Source: Bacteroidales bacterium (GTDB lineage Bacteria > Bacteroidota > Bacteroidia > Bacteroidales > WCHB1-69). Taken from it: DNA of 64,000 nucleotides. Location of the stretch: assembly GCA_017650305.1 (NCBI GenBank), contig JAGCFD010000052.1, positions 21,096 to 85,095 of the forward strand. Reading direction: 5' to 3'. Every line of letters begins with the position of its first letter. Position 1 is the stretch's first letter. The notes below the pieces were generated by a model. It saw nothing but the letters and a program-made list of their open reading frames with translations, made no database searches and had not been told where the DNA came from. Made by a program: the position numbers and the translations under genes. This document shows, one piece after another, positions 1 through 9,984 of this stretch.

Positions 1-2
1 AA

Positions 3-170
3 GGCTCAAAGAAGAAGATAGAGTGGGGTAGCCAGATCCGAAGCTACGTTATGCAACCATACAAGATGGTGAAAGACCTGCGTACTGGATATGAAACCGG
101 AAATGTGAACGCCGTGATGGACGGAGAAATTGATGATTTTATCAAAGAGTACCTGATGCAAAACCATTGA
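3..170 (+). CDS. prfB: peptide chain release factor 2, C-terminal fragment (5' part outside window)
   Basis: Frame-3 translation ..[50 protein letters not shown] matches the conserved RF2 C-terminus. It is absent from the ORF track because there is no start codon in the window. The antisense ORF 6..200 is a shadow. Confidence 0.8.
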   Translation, partial: GSKKKIEWGSQIRSYVMQPYKMVKDLRTGYETGNVNAVMDGEIDDFIKEYLMQNH

Positions 171-220
171 AGAAGTTGTCAGTTGGGAGTTAGAAGTCAA
201 TAGCTAACAGCCAATGGCCA
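171..220. repeat. heptanucleotide tandem array (7 units: agaagtt gtcagtt gggagtt agaagtc aatagct aacagcc aatggcc)
   Basis: Starts immediately after the prfB TGA. The 7-nt phase was read directly from the sequence. Confidence 0.7.
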
Positions 221-278
221 TCTTTGAAGTGTTGATAAGTTCTTATATCTTTTAGTTGCAGGCTAACGAGAGTATGAG

Positions 279-286
279 TATCTTTG
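279..286 (+). promoter_or_regulatory. -7 promoter box TATCTTTG upstream of prs
   Basis: Exact match to the Bacteroides -7 consensus TAnnTTTG, 44 nt upstream of the prs ATG. Confidence 0.5.
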
Positions 287-330
287 CTTTTTGCTTTGAT
301 AATTTTTAAATCAATAAATATTAAGCAGTT

Positions 331-1263
331 ATGGATAAAAACTATGTATTGGTGGCCGGTCGTGCCAATCCTGAATTAGCCAAAAGCATCGCAGAACAAC
401 TTGACATGCCGCTATTCCCGGTGGACATTATGCAGTTCAAAGACGGTGAGATACAGGTGTATTTCAATGATACTATCCGTGGTAAAGACGTCTTCATCAT
501 TCAGCCGACGTTCGCACCTGCAGACAATATCATCGAGCTTCTCATCGCCATTGATGCTGCAAAGCGCGCTTCTGCACGTAATATCATCGCGGTGATGCCC
601 TATTTTGGCTATGCTCGTCAGGATCGTAAAGACAAGCCCAGAACATCCATCGGCGCCAAGCTTATGTGCAACCTGCTGACAACTGCAGGCGTAAGCCGTG
701 TCATCACCATGGACCTGCATGCCGACCAGATTCAAGGCTTCTTTGAGGTGCCGGTAGATCATCTGTTCGCTTCCAACGTGTTTATTCCATACATCCAAAG
801 CCTGAACAATCCCGACATTATGATCGCCTCTCCCGACACGGGCGGTACCAAACGTGCCTCCACATACGCCAAGGCACTGAACTGCGACCTCGCCATCGGC
901 TTCAAGCAGAGAGAAAAACAGAACGAGGTTGCATCGTTGCATATCCTGGGTGATGTGCGTGGCAAGGAGGTGATCTTGGTAGATGACATCATCGATACTG
1001 CCGGTACGCTCTGCAAGGCTGCCGAAGCCATCAAGGCCATGGGTGCCAAGAGCGTGAACGCCATGTGTGCTCACGGCCTCTTCTCCGCCGATGCTTTGGA
1101 CAAAATAGAAAAGTCATCACTGGAGACAGTGCTCGTCACAGACTCCATCCCGTTGAAACGCCCGTGCAGCAAGGTGCGTGTCGTCTCTGTCGCCAAACTG
1201 ATGGCCGATGTCATCGAGAGCATCGAACAATGCACCTCGATTTCCAAGCACTACTACGTATAG
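331..1263 (+). CDS. prs: ribose-phosphate pyrophosphokinase
   Basis: 310 aa. PRPP-binding loop VILVDDIIDTAGTL, DLHADQIQGFF and RQDRK flexible-loop motifs. Confidence 0.93.
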   Translation: MDKNYVLVAGRANPELAKSIAEQLDMPLFPVDIMQFKDGEIQVYFNDTIRGKDVFIIQPTFAPADNIIELLIAIDAAKRASARNIIAVMPYFGYARQDRKDKPRTSIGAKLMCNLLTTAGVSRVITMDLHADQIQGFFEVPVDHLFASNVFIPYIQSLNNPDIMIASPDTGGTKRASTYAKALNCDLAIGFKQREKQNEVASLHILGDVRGKEVILVDDIIDTAGTLCKAAEAIKAMGAKSVNAMCAHGLFSADALDKIEKSSLETVLVTDSIPLKRPCSKVRVVSVAKLMADVIESIEQCTSISKHYYV

Positions 1264-1278
1264 TCAATATCAAATTAT

Positions 1279-2331
1279 ATGCAAGATATGAACCATTCGG
1301 TCGCGGAGGAAACCCCCTCTGTCGGCAAATATGACCTTATCACTGAATTGGCCAAGGGATTCGTCCAAGAAAACGGATCCACAGTGGTCGGCATCGGAGA
1401 TGACGCCGCTGTCCTGTCCCCTTCTTCCGAATATGTGGTCACCTCGTCAAAGGTCTTCCTGGAGAATGTCCATTTTGATCTCACCTACGTGCCCTTGCAA
1501 TATCTCGGCTACAAGGCAGTGACAGTGGTCTGCTCGGACATTCTGGCCATGAATGCCATCCCTACACAACTCTCGGTCAACGTCGCCATATCCAATCGCT
1601 TTGACCTTAAAGCGGTGCAGGATCTGTTGGATGGCGTGGCCACCGGCTGCGAGAATCTGCATGTCGACATAACAGGACTGGACATAACCACTTCCCGCCG
1701 CGACCTGATCGTCAGTGTGTCGGCAACAGGAGAGTGCGAACCCGCACATCTGGTCCGACGCCAAGGCGCTGCCGAGAATGAGCTGATCTGCGTCTCTGGC
1801 GACTTTGCCGCCGCCTACGCCGGACTCCTCCTCCTCGAAAGAGAGAAGAAAGTCTTTGACGAGAATCCCGGTGTGCAACCCGACTTCGCCGGTCAGGACT
1901 ATCTCCTGCAACGTCAACTGCGTCCTGAAGCACGCTTGGATATCATCGAGGCACTGCGCCGCGAGGACATCATCCCAACTGCCATGACCAACGTGTCCGA
2001 TGGTATGGCCGCCGCCCTGATGCAGATCTGCCGCGCCTCCAATACGGGCGCCGTCATCTTTGAGGAACGAATCCCAATGACTGAATTGACCTTCAACACG
2101 TTAAGACATTTCTCCATTGTCCATACAGTAGCCGCACTTAACGGCGGGGACGATTATGAACTGATGTTTACTATTAAACAGGCTGATTTTGAGAGGATTA
2201 AAAATGTGGCGAATGTCTCCATCGTTGGTTATATCAAGGAAAAAGCATACGGATGCCAACTGATGACGAATGACAACCATCAGATTGAGATAAAGGCTCA
2301 GGGTTTCAGCAAAATGCAGAATCATGCATAG
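1279..2331 (+). CDS. thiL: thiamine-monophosphate kinase (AIR-synthase-related fold)
   Basis: 350 aa. N-terminal IGDDAAVL motif and PurM/ThiL-like architecture. Confidence 0.8.
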   Translation: MQDMNHSVAEETPSVGKYDLITELAKGFVQENGSTVVGIGDDAAVLSPSSEYVVTSSKVFLENVHFDLTYVPLQYLGYKAVTVVCSDILAMNAIPTQLSVNVAISNRFDLKAVQDLLDGVATGCENLHVDITGLDITTSRRDLIVSVSATGECEPAHLVRRQGAAENELICVSGDFAAAYAGLLLLEREKKVFDENPGVQPDFAGQDYLLQRQLRPEARLDIIEALRREDIIPTAMTNVSDGMAAALMQICRASNTGAVIFEERIPMTELTFNTLRHFSIVHTVAALNGGDDYELMFTIKQADFERIKNVANVSIVGYIKEKAYGCQLMTNDNHQIEIKAQGFSKMQNHA

Positions 2332-3670
2332 TACCATACAGTTTCATATCGGCGAAGTGTTGATGGGTGGAGACGCTCCCGTGGTGGTGCAGTCCATGAC
2401 CAATACTGATACTTTGGATGTCGCTGCTTCCGTGGCACAATGCGAGCGCATGGTGGAATCCGGCGCGCAAATGGTGCGTCTGACGGTTCCTTCCATGAAG
2501 GAGGTCAACTCCTTGGCACAGATACAGAATGAACTTCGTCGGAAAGGATATACCGTGCCCATAGTGGCCGATGTGCATTTCAATCCGAAGGTTGCGGAAG
2601 CGGTGGCCTCCTTCGTGGAGAAAGTTCGTATCAATCCTGGAAATTATGTAGACAAGCGTGTTTTCGCCTCCTTCACGATGACGGATGAGGAGTATGCTGA
2701 TGCCGTCAGACGCATGGCCGAGCGCGCCCGCCCGCTATTGGAAATATGCCGGGCCCATGGTACTGCCATACGGCTTGGCATCAACCAAGGCTCTCTCTGC
2801 GACAGAATCTTGAACCGATATGGCAACACCCCCGAAGCGATGGTCCAGTCGGCTATGGAGTGGCTCGACATCTGCGAAGAGGCGGATTTCCATAAGATGG
2901 TCATCTCTATGAAGTCCAGCAATGTGCAGACGATGATAGAAGCCACCTTGCGGCTCCATGAAGCCATGCGAGCACGCGGCCAGGTTTATCCGCTCCACCT
3001 TGGAGTGACAGAGGCAGGATGCGGCATTGAAGGTCGGGTGAAGTCGGCCGCCGGCATCGGTGCCCTGTTGCTGACAGGAGTGGGCGACACCATAAGAGTA
3101 TCCCTCACCGAGCCGCCTGAGAATGAGTCTCCATTTGCCCATCGCATCGTGCAGACGGTTTCCAGACTGAATCCTCAAGACGCTAAGATTCAAGGCCAAA
3201 CGCTGTATTACACCGCTCATATCGCTGATGCTGAGGAGTGGATGGTCAGTGCCGCAGCCATGGCCGGCTATGCCTATTATTACCACCATATCAAAGATGT
3301 TGTTCTTGAAAACAATACCCAGACTCCTGCCCAGTTGGACGAACTCCGCGCCATAATTTTGCAGGCATGCCGTATTCGTATGAGCAAGACGGAGTTTATC
3401 TCTTGCCCGTCGTGCGGTCGCACTCAATACGATATCCAGTCGGTGGTGAATCTGGTCAAAGAGCGTTTCGCCAACCATCCTGGCCTCAAAATTGGCGTGA
3501 TGGGTTGCATCGTTAATGGCCCCGGCGAGATGGCTGATGCCGATTACGGTATCGTGGGCGCCTCCCAAGGACTGGTCTGCGTCTATAAGGCCAAGGAGAA
3601 ACTCACCAACCCGATAGCCATCCCGGATGCGCTGGATATGTTGGAACAACTGATAGCTGAGAATCTTTAA
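2324..3670 (+). CDS. ispG: 4-hydroxy-3-methylbut-2-enyl diphosphate synthase (flavodoxin)
   Basis: 448 aa. TIM-barrel N-domain, C-terminal Fe-S motifs CPSCGRT and GCIVNGPGE. Overlaps thiL by 8 nt. Confidence 0.9.
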   Translation: MHSTIQFHIGEVLMGGDAPVVVQSMTNTDTLDVAASVAQCERMVESGAQMVRLTVPSMKEVNSLAQIQNELRRKGYTVPIVADVHFNPKVAEAVASFVEKVRINPGNYVDKRVFASFTMTDEEYADAVRRMAERARPLLEICRAHGTAIRLGINQGSLCDRILNRYGNTPEAMVQSAMEWLDICEEADFHKMVISMKSSNVQTMIEATLRLHEAMRARGQVYPLHLGVTEAGCGIEGRVKSAAGIGALLLTGVGDTIRVSLTEPPENESPFAHRIVQTVSRLNPQDAKIQGQTLYYTAHIADAEEWMVSAAAMAGYAYYYHHIKDVVLENNTQTPAQLDELRAIILQACRIRMSKTEFISCPSCGRTQYDIQSVVNLVKERFANHPGLKIGVMGCIVNGPGEMADADYGIVGASQGLVCVYKAKEKLTNPIAIPDALDMLEQLIAENL

Positions 3671-3681
3671 TCACCAAGAAT

Positions 3682-4851
3682 ATGGAATATAATTTTGATG
3701 AACCCGTTGAGAGACGCGGTACGTCATGCGTGAAACATGATATGTTGAAGGAGGTTTTTGGTACCCAGGATGTGCTGCCGATGTGGGTGGCCGATATGGA
3801 TTTCAAAACCCCTGATTTTGTGGTCAATGCCGTTAAAGAACGTTGTAACCACGAGGTCTTTGGCTATACCTTTGCACCTGCTTCATACATTTGTGCCGTG
3901 GTCAACTGGTTCCAGTCGCATTATGGTGTGGAGGCTAAATGGTCGAAGATGCACTTTATACCCGGAGTGGTGCAGGGCATCGCCTTCGTGCTTCAGGCTT
4001 TCACCCAACATGGTGATAATGTCTTGGTGACAACACCTGTCTACCCGCCATTCCTGAACGTCCCGCATCGCAGTGGCCGCCGTTTTGTCAGCAGCAGCCT
4101 GAAGACTGTGAATGGTCGTTTTGAGATTGATTATGAGGATCTTGAGGAAAAGGCTAAAGTGTGCAAGGTGATGATCTTGGCCAATCCCCATAACCCGTGT
4201 GGCACTGTCTGGACTCCGGAAGAACTTCGCCGTATCGCAGAGGTCTGCTACCGTCAGAAGGTGCTGGTCATCGCCGATGAAATACACGCCGACTTGACCT
4301 TGCCTGGACATAAGCATACCTCTTTCACCACTGTCTCCGAAGAGGCTTTCCATAACTCCATCACCTTCTTTGCTCCCAGTAAGACTTTCAATATGGCAGG
4401 CTTGGGCTCCTCTGTCTGCTATGTGCCCGATCCGGATATCCGTCGCCAGTTCTTCAACTATCTGGATGCAAATGAGCTCTCTTTGGGAAATCTTTTTGCC
4501 TATATTGGTGCGGAAGCGGCTTTCCGTTATGGAGAGCAGTGGCGTCTGCAATTACTTCAATATCTTCAGGGCAATGTGGACTTTGCCATAGATTATTTGG
4601 CCTGTCATGCCCCGAAGGTTGTGGCCATGCGTCCCGAGGCTTCCTTCCTGCTTTGGCTGGACTTCAGGTCGTACGGTCTTCCTCATGATGAATTGGTTCG
4701 TCTCATGATAGAAAAGGCCAAGGTGGGATTGAATAGCGGCACTGACTATGGCGCCGACGGGGAAGGCTTCATGCGACTCAACATAGGTTGCCCGCGCGCC
4801 ACATTGGAGAAAGGCTTGCACCAGATTTGTCAAGCTCTGCAAAGTCTCTAA
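3682..4851 (+). CDS. PLP-dependent C-S lyase / aminotransferase class I-II (PatB/MalY-like)
   Basis: 389 aa. PLP-lysine motif APSKTFNMAG and LANPHNPCG motif. Confidence 0.8.
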   Translation: MEYNFDEPVERRGTSCVKHDMLKEVFGTQDVLPMWVADMDFKTPDFVVNAVKERCNHEVFGYTFAPASYICAVVNWFQSHYGVEAKWSKMHFIPGVVQGIAFVLQAFTQHGDNVLVTTPVYPPFLNVPHRSGRRFVSSSLKTVNGRFEIDYEDLEEKAKVCKVMILANPHNPCGTVWTPEELRRIAEVCYRQKVLVIADEIHADLTLPGHKHTSFTTVSEEAFHNSITFFAPSKTFNMAGLGSSVCYVPDPDIRRQFFNYLDANELSLGNLFAYIGAEAAFRYGEQWRLQLLQYLQGNVDFAIDYLACHAPKVVAMRPEASFLLWLDFRSYGLPHDELVRLMIEKAKVGLNSGTDYGADGEGFMRLNIGCPRATLEKGLHQICQALQSL

Positions 4852-6266
4852 TCGAAATATTCGTCTTCAAAATTCAACAGATACACCTGCTCGGTACTTC
4901 TGGTGAGCGCGGTGTATAGCCATCGGAGGAATTCCTTGTCAAAACCGTCTTCCGGCACAAATCCTTTGTCGATGATCACCTGCTTCCATTGTCCGCCTTG
5001 GGTTTTGTGGCAAGTGAGGGTGTAGGCAAATTTAACCTGAACAGCATTGAGGTATGGATCGTTCTTGATGCGTATAAATCGCGCCCGGGGGTCGGTGATC
5101 TCCTGATAGTCTTCCGCAATGGCTTGATACAGGCGCTGGTTGTCCTCAAAGGATAGCGAGGCACTCTCAATATCCAGACTCTCAAGGATGATTTTGATGT
5201 CTATATTCTGTTCGTCGGGATAGTCGCAAAGACGGACCGTGATGTCGGCGAAGTGATAGCCATAAATCTCTTGCTGTCTATGAATGCTCATCACCTCCAT
5301 GATGTCGCCATTGGCTATGAAACCGATCTCTGACAACTCGTCAACCCAGTAGTAGTTGTTTTTTACGGCCATGATGAAGTCTCCAGTGGCTATGCTGTTC
5401 TCCCGGAAGTGAATTCGACTGCGGATCTCCTGGTTGAAGATGTTGGCGCGCTTGTTGGAGCGGGTGATGGTGACAATCTCTTCAGAGGCATATTTCCCGT
5501 ACAGACTGTTGTACAACTCTTCGAGTTCCCCGCCGTTGATGCGGATAACGTCAGGCATGGGTTTTGCGCTGAAGAGGGGAGGGAAGTAGTCTTCCGTGTC
5601 GATCTTGTCGCGAAGGGCAGTGGCGGAAACAAGAATGCCAGACTCTTGCGCTTGACGAACCACATCCGTAAGTCTGCAGGTGTATGGAGTGACGTCGTAG
5701 GTGTATTTCATATAGTCCAAAGAGAGCGCGGGACTCTCCGATGAGTGCACTGGCGGCAGCTGGGCGTCATCTCCGATAAACAGCATTCGGTTGTGGGGCG
5801 ACGAATAGACATAGTCGATTAGGTCATCCAAAAGGCTGGCCATGCCCAAGCCGTCCATATTGGTCTCGGAGGAGATCATGGAGGCTTCATCCACTATGAA
5901 GAGGGTGTGCTGGTATTTGTTCTCTTTGCGGACAAAATAGTGCGCGCCGCCACGCTGGGCAATCCGGTATATCCATTTGTGGATCGTATATGCTTTGCGG
6001 CCGGTGTACTGCGAGAGCACCTTGGCGGCGCGTCCCGTGGGAGCCAACAAGATGGTGCGCACATGCAACTCATCCAATGATTTGACCAGTGCGCTCATGA
6101 GGCTCGTCTTGCCGGTGCCGGCATAACCTTTCATGATGAAAAGGAATTGTTCGCCTTGATCAAAGATGAACTCTGATAATTTTTGGATGGCTTCCGCCTG
6201 CGATGGCGTGGGCTCAAAGGAAAAATGATGATGCAAACGATCCCTGAACTCCTCCCGTGTAATCAT
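4848..6266 (-). CDS. RecD/Pif1-like AAA ATPase DNA helicase
   Basis: 472 aa. Walker A GYAGTGKTS, Walker B FIVDEASM, C-terminal UvrD-like motif TCHKTQGGQW. Confidence 0.75.
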   Translation of the reverse strand: MITREEFRDRLHHHFSFEPTPSQAEAIQKLSEFIFDQGEQFLFIMKGYAGTGKTSLMSALVKSLDELHVRTILLAPTGRAAKVLSQYTGRKAYTIHKWIYRIAQRGGAHYFVRKENKYQHTLFIVDEASMISSETNMDGLGMASLLDDLIDYVYSSPHNRMLFIGDDAQLPPVHSSESPALSLDYMKYTYDVTPYTCRLTDVVRQAQESGILVSATALRDKIDTEDYFPPLFSAKPMPDVIRINGGELEELYNSLYGKYASEEIVTITRSNKRANIFNQEIRSRIHFRENSIATGDFIMAVKNNYYWVDELSEIGFIANGDIMEVMSIHRQQEIYGYHFADITVRLCDYPDEQNIDIKIILESLDIESASLSFEDNQRLYQAIAEDYQEITDPRARFIRIKNDPYLNAVQVKFAYTLTCHKTQGGQWKQVIIDKGFVPEDGFDKEFLRWLYTALTRSTEQVYLLNFEDEYFD

Positions 6267-6269
6267 AGC

Positions 6270-8192
6270 CTATCTGCTCATTCCAGTGAAAATCAAAATG
6301 TTGTCATCTTTGTAGTAGATGTCTTCACGATATTGCATCCTGTCTTTGTCATCTAAGAAACATGTGAAATACTCAATATAGAGAGGCATCTGTTTTTTAA
6401 GATGGATGGAGGTGGGCATCAACTTGCGGTAAAACTGTTTGTCGTATTCGGAGAGCTTTTCGTAGCGGATGGAGTCTTGCTCTTCTAATTTCTCCAGGTA
6501 TTTCTCTCCTTTCTCAGTGGTGGGTTCGCCTCCCATGATGATGTTGATCTGCTCTTTGCGAATGGTGTCAAAATCATTGTAGTTGTATATCACCTCGGCC
6601 AATTCAAAAGGATTCTCCACGCGGATACAGCCGTGCGAGAGGGCGCGCACTCTCCGTTTGAACGCCCCTTTGTTGTTCGTGTCGTGCAGATACACGGATT
6701 CAGTGTTGGGGAAGCTGAACTTGATTTGTCCCAAAGCATTATACCGTCCCGATGTCTGATACAAACGATAGGGTATGTTCTGTCTGTTAACCTTAGTCCA
6801 ATCGATTGTCTCCGGTTTCACATATTGTCCGTTGCGGGAGTCCTTGATGTAGAGATGCTCTTTGTTGACCACCGCCGTATTGCTCTTGCAGAGTTTGTAG
6901 TAGTATTCGTTTTTGATGATGTCGTACGGGATGTTCCACTCTGGATTGAGAACGATGTAGTTGATGTTGCTGTGCAGCAGGGGAGACTCGCTCTTAGCGG
7001 CGAGAATGAGGCCGTTGGACTTCTTCCGCCAAGATGCTTTCGCCGGGTTGGCAGTGCGGCCGCAACAAATACGGGTCTTGAAGGCAACCGTGTCTTCCAC
7101 AAAGGTGCATAAGGTGAAGTCGGGAATGTTGACGGCGATAAAGGTCCGGCCTTTGGCGGGCGTGACATGCCAACGAAGGCGCTCCATATTGGCCGAGAGC
7201 CGCTTGATGTAGTAGCTTGCGTGACGGTTCAGCTTCTCTATGGTTTCTTTGTCGAGGGTGTCGCTTGTCGGGATGGCGTTGTCAGCGCGGAAAAGATTGA
7301 CGGCTTTCAGAAGGGCAGGGGTCAGGCGGGTTGTGTCCGCCACAGCGCTGTCAAGTGTTCCCACCCATTTGAGACGGCGGCTAAGCTGCCGGTAATGCGC
7401 ATCTTCGGTGCGTCTGTGCCACGCGCCCACGGCTATAGTGTCTGGTTCAGACTCGGTCTTGCCATACCATGTCGCCAATTCTTTTTGATGACGTTTATAG
7501 ACGGGGTCCTCTATCTGTATGGTTTTCAGTGTTTTCTCAAGATCTTTTATTTGTGCAAGCGCCTCTTGCACAAATGCTGTGTCGGGCTTCTCATACTTGT
7601 AGAGCCATTTGCCGCCGTTAACAACTTTGGGATCGCTGATGCCATAGCGCAAGGCGGAGGCATAGCGCAGGTAGGATCGGGTCATGGCCAATTCCAAATC
7701 CAATAGCACTTTGTTCAAGATACTGTCTTGATTCTTTACCCGATGATTCTTCAAAGAATCTATCATAGAAACAATGAATCCATACTCAAACTCGTCTGGA
7801 TGAATGCCATGGTTGGGAGCTTCGGCAAGATACTGCAGTAGCGTGCTGCTCAAAGACTCGTCTAACCCTTTTTCAGTCCAGAAAGGCTCATAGTCGCGTT
7901 GGGCGTAGAAAGTGCGGATCCCATACTGAATGTTGGAGTCCGGGTCTGTGTATTCTGGGATGACTCGTTGGTAGTAATCCTGAACATCTTTGGAAGAATA
8001 AGCACTGTAATATTTGAACCACGATGGCTTGGGGTGGTGCAGACTGTTGTTCTGACACGAGGATAGGTTGAAGATGCAAACCAAACTTATCGTTAGGGTG
8101 AGCCATTGCCTGCTGATGATATGTTTGCTGATCTTTTCTCCCATCGCCGAGATTTTTGCTTTAGAGCGCAAAGATAGAAAATTATTTGACAA
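6270..8192 (-). CDS. L,D-transpeptidase family protein (YcbB-like)
   Basis: 640 aa. YkuD catalytic motif HDTN..LSHGCIRVENP and a lipoprotein-like signal LVCIFNLSSC. The alternative start M17 (8144) would remove the 11-nt overlap with the upstream gene. Confidence 0.85.
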   Translation of the reverse strand: MSNNFLSLRSKAKISAMGEKISKHIISRQWLTLTISLVCIFNLSSCQNNSLHHPKPSWFKYYSAYSSKDVQDYYQRVIPEYTDPDSNIQYGIRTFYAQRDYEPFWTEKGLDESLSSTLLQYLAEAPNHGIHPDEFEYGFIVSMIDSLKNHRVKNQDSILNKVLLDLELAMTRSYLRYASALRYGISDPKVVNGGKWLYKYEKPDTAFVQEALAQIKDLEKTLKTIQIEDPVYKRHQKELATWYGKTESEPDTIAVGAWHRRTEDAHYRQLSRRLKWVGTLDSAVADTTRLTPALLKAVNLFRADNAIPTSDTLDKETIEKLNRHASYYIKRLSANMERLRWHVTPAKGRTFIAVNIPDFTLCTFVEDTVAFKTRICCGRTANPAKASWRKKSNGLILAAKSESPLLHSNINYIVLNPEWNIPYDIIKNEYYYKLCKSNTAVVNKEHLYIKDSRNGQYVKPETIDWTKVNRQNIPYRLYQTSGRYNALGQIKFSFPNTESVYLHDTNNKGAFKRRVRALSHGCIRVENPFELAEVIYNYNDFDTIRKEQINIIMGGEPTTEKGEKYLEKLEEQDSIRYEKLSEYDKQFYRKLMPTSIHLKKQMPLYIEYFTCFLDDKDRMQYREDIYYKDDNILIFTGMSR

Positions 8193-9339
8193 TCATATAA
8201 TCGTGCATGTCAAGATGCAAGATGTGCTCCAACTCAGCTTTGTGCGCATCGTCGGTACGTATGAAGGCAGTAGCGGCAACTCCTACGGTGGGGTCGGCCA
8301 AGGGACGCAACTCCAGCACATCCATCATGTCATCGCGGAACTTCTTCTCATTGAAGACCTCTTCCGGTCTGGCATCGGCGGGGCGCTCCAAAACAAGGAA
8401 ACTATATGTGTCTTGCTCTTTGCCCTGCCACATCTCCTCTTTGCTCAGATGGATGTTCTCCAGATATGCCACGATGGGGTGCAATCCGCTGATGTGTGTC
8501 TGCAACTCGTTGAGACAGAATCCGGCGAAACGCAACGGGTTGATCTCAATGGGGATGGCTCGCTTGCCGTCGTAGCGGAACTCAATGTGCATGGGGAAAT
8601 CATGCAGCTTCAAGACCTTGTTGAGCTGCACGAGGAAGTTCATAAACGGCTCTTCGTATTGGTCGTATAAAGCTCTGCTGGAACAATACAGACGGTCGGA
8701 GGTGTCTGATTCGTTGGCAAACCGATGGTGGAAGATGTTGAGGATGGTCGGAGTGCCCTTCTCGTCAAAATAGGTGTCCACAGCATACTCTTCACCGTGG
8801 ATGTAAGCCTCTACCAGGAATTTCTGGGTGCCGATGACAAACTCCGGGAATTGGGAACTCACCTTGTGGAAGTTCTCCTGGATGTCGCGGATGACAGCCT
8901 GCCATTCCTGCACATCATGCACCACATGGACTCCCGCGCTCAGGAAGCCGATGGATGGCTTCAAAACCAAAGGGTAGGGGAGCTCGTCAGCCTTGATGCT
9001 GCCTAACTTGGCAATCTCTTCCTCGCAGAAGAAGAAGTCGGGGTACATGTCACGGCAAATGCGGCGGAAAGTTGCCTTGTCTTTCAACAATGCGATTTTA
9101 TCTAATAACTCCTGGTCGGGCAGGTGCTCTACCAACCATCCCAAAGCATTTTCCGACATCGTGTAGAGACGTCCGCGTTGCTGATAGGCGGCCACAAACT
9201 CTTCGTCGTTGTAGAGGTGAAGCGGATATCCGTTCGCTACAATCTGTTCCGACATGGCGTTGCGCAGGACCGGGAGATGCTGCTCGATGGCAGTCTTGAT
9301 CAATGTTTCAGATACGTATGGTTTTTCTAATATCAGCAT
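8182..9339 (-). CDS. ATP-grasp domain protein, substrate unknown
   Basis: 385 aa. Central segment (LVLKPSIGFLSAGVHVV .. VEAYIHGEEYAVD .. IEINPLRF) has the ATP-grasp layout. Confidence 0.6.
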   Translation of the reverse strand: MLILEKPYVSETLIKTAIEQHLPVLRNAMSEQIVANGYPLHLYNDEEFVAAYQQRGRLYTMSENALGWLVEHLPDQELLDKIALLKDKATFRRICRDMYPDFFFCEEEIAKLGSIKADELPYPLVLKPSIGFLSAGVHVVHDVQEWQAVIRDIQENFHKVSSQFPEFVIGTQKFLVEAYIHGEEYAVDTYFDEKGTPTILNIFHHRFANESDTSDRLYCSSRALYDQYEEPFMNFLVQLNKVLKLHDFPMHIEFRYDGKRAIPIEINPLRFAGFCLNELQTHISGLHPIVAYLENIHLSKEEMWQGKEQDTYSFLVLERPADARPEEVFNEKKFRDDMMDVLELRPLADPTVGVAATAFIRTDDAHKAELEHILHLDMHDYMIVK

Positions 9340-9366
9340 GAATAGGTGGTTTTTGTATGAATGGTA

Positions 9367-9984
9367 TTATATAAGTTCTTTTCGATGATTTAATTGAAAA
9401 CGGTATCCCACTTTTGTTGTCAGCGCGTAGTTTCGACTGATGCTGTCAAAGGAAACACCAAAATAGAGGATGTCGCCATGGTGGAATCTGTGGGCAGCGC
9501 CGATGGTGATACTCATCAAGAGTTTTATCGGAGCATATCTGTTTTCGGATGCCAACTCCCGAAACTCGTCTGGACCGATAAACTGTGTCATGCCGATTTT
9601 GAAGTTCAGGAAAGGAGTCCAGTTTTTCTTATAGGGTAAGATCTGGAATGTGAAGAATTCCCGTGTCATGAATAGATGGTAACGGATGTAGTGTATGTGG
9701 CGTCCAACCTCTTGGGCGATATAGTATCTGTTAAACCCCGCGCCAATGCCAACAGAAAAGATGGAATTGGTGGAAAAGGTCAAAGTGGCGCATCCGCCAT
9801 AACCATTGCCTGATTGAAAGATCTGATGATTTCGCAGTACTTTGTTCCATTCGGCCTCAAAACCTAGATGAACATATGCCTTCTTTTGGAGCAAGGAATC
9901 GGTACTCCCAGCCTTGACGGGAAAAACAAATCCGACAAGCAGGAAAAGGATGAGGGGTGCCGTTATATGCTGAAACCGTTTCAT
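9367..9984 (-). CDS. small outer-membrane beta-barrel protein (hypothetical)
   Basis: 205 aa. Signal peptide and alternating beta-strand pattern. Its start shares 1 nt with the stop of the upstream permease gene (TAATG). Confidence 0.45.
   Translation of the reverse strand: MKRFQHITAPLILFLLVGFVFPVKAGSTDSLLQKKAYVHLGFEAEWNKVLRNHQIFQSGNGYGGCATLTFSTNSIFSVGIGAGFNRYYIAQEVGRHIHYIRYHLFMTREFFTFQILPYKKNWTPFLNFKIGMTQFIGPDEFRELASENRYAPIKLLMSITIGAAHRFHHGDILYFGVSFDSISRNYALTTKVGYRFQLNHRKELI

Noticed and set aside
4848-4851. Overlapping stop codons of convergent genes: CTAA gives TAA on the plus strand and TAG on the minus strand.
   Set aside because: This is real but a common consequence of compact genomes. 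There is no evidence of functional significance.
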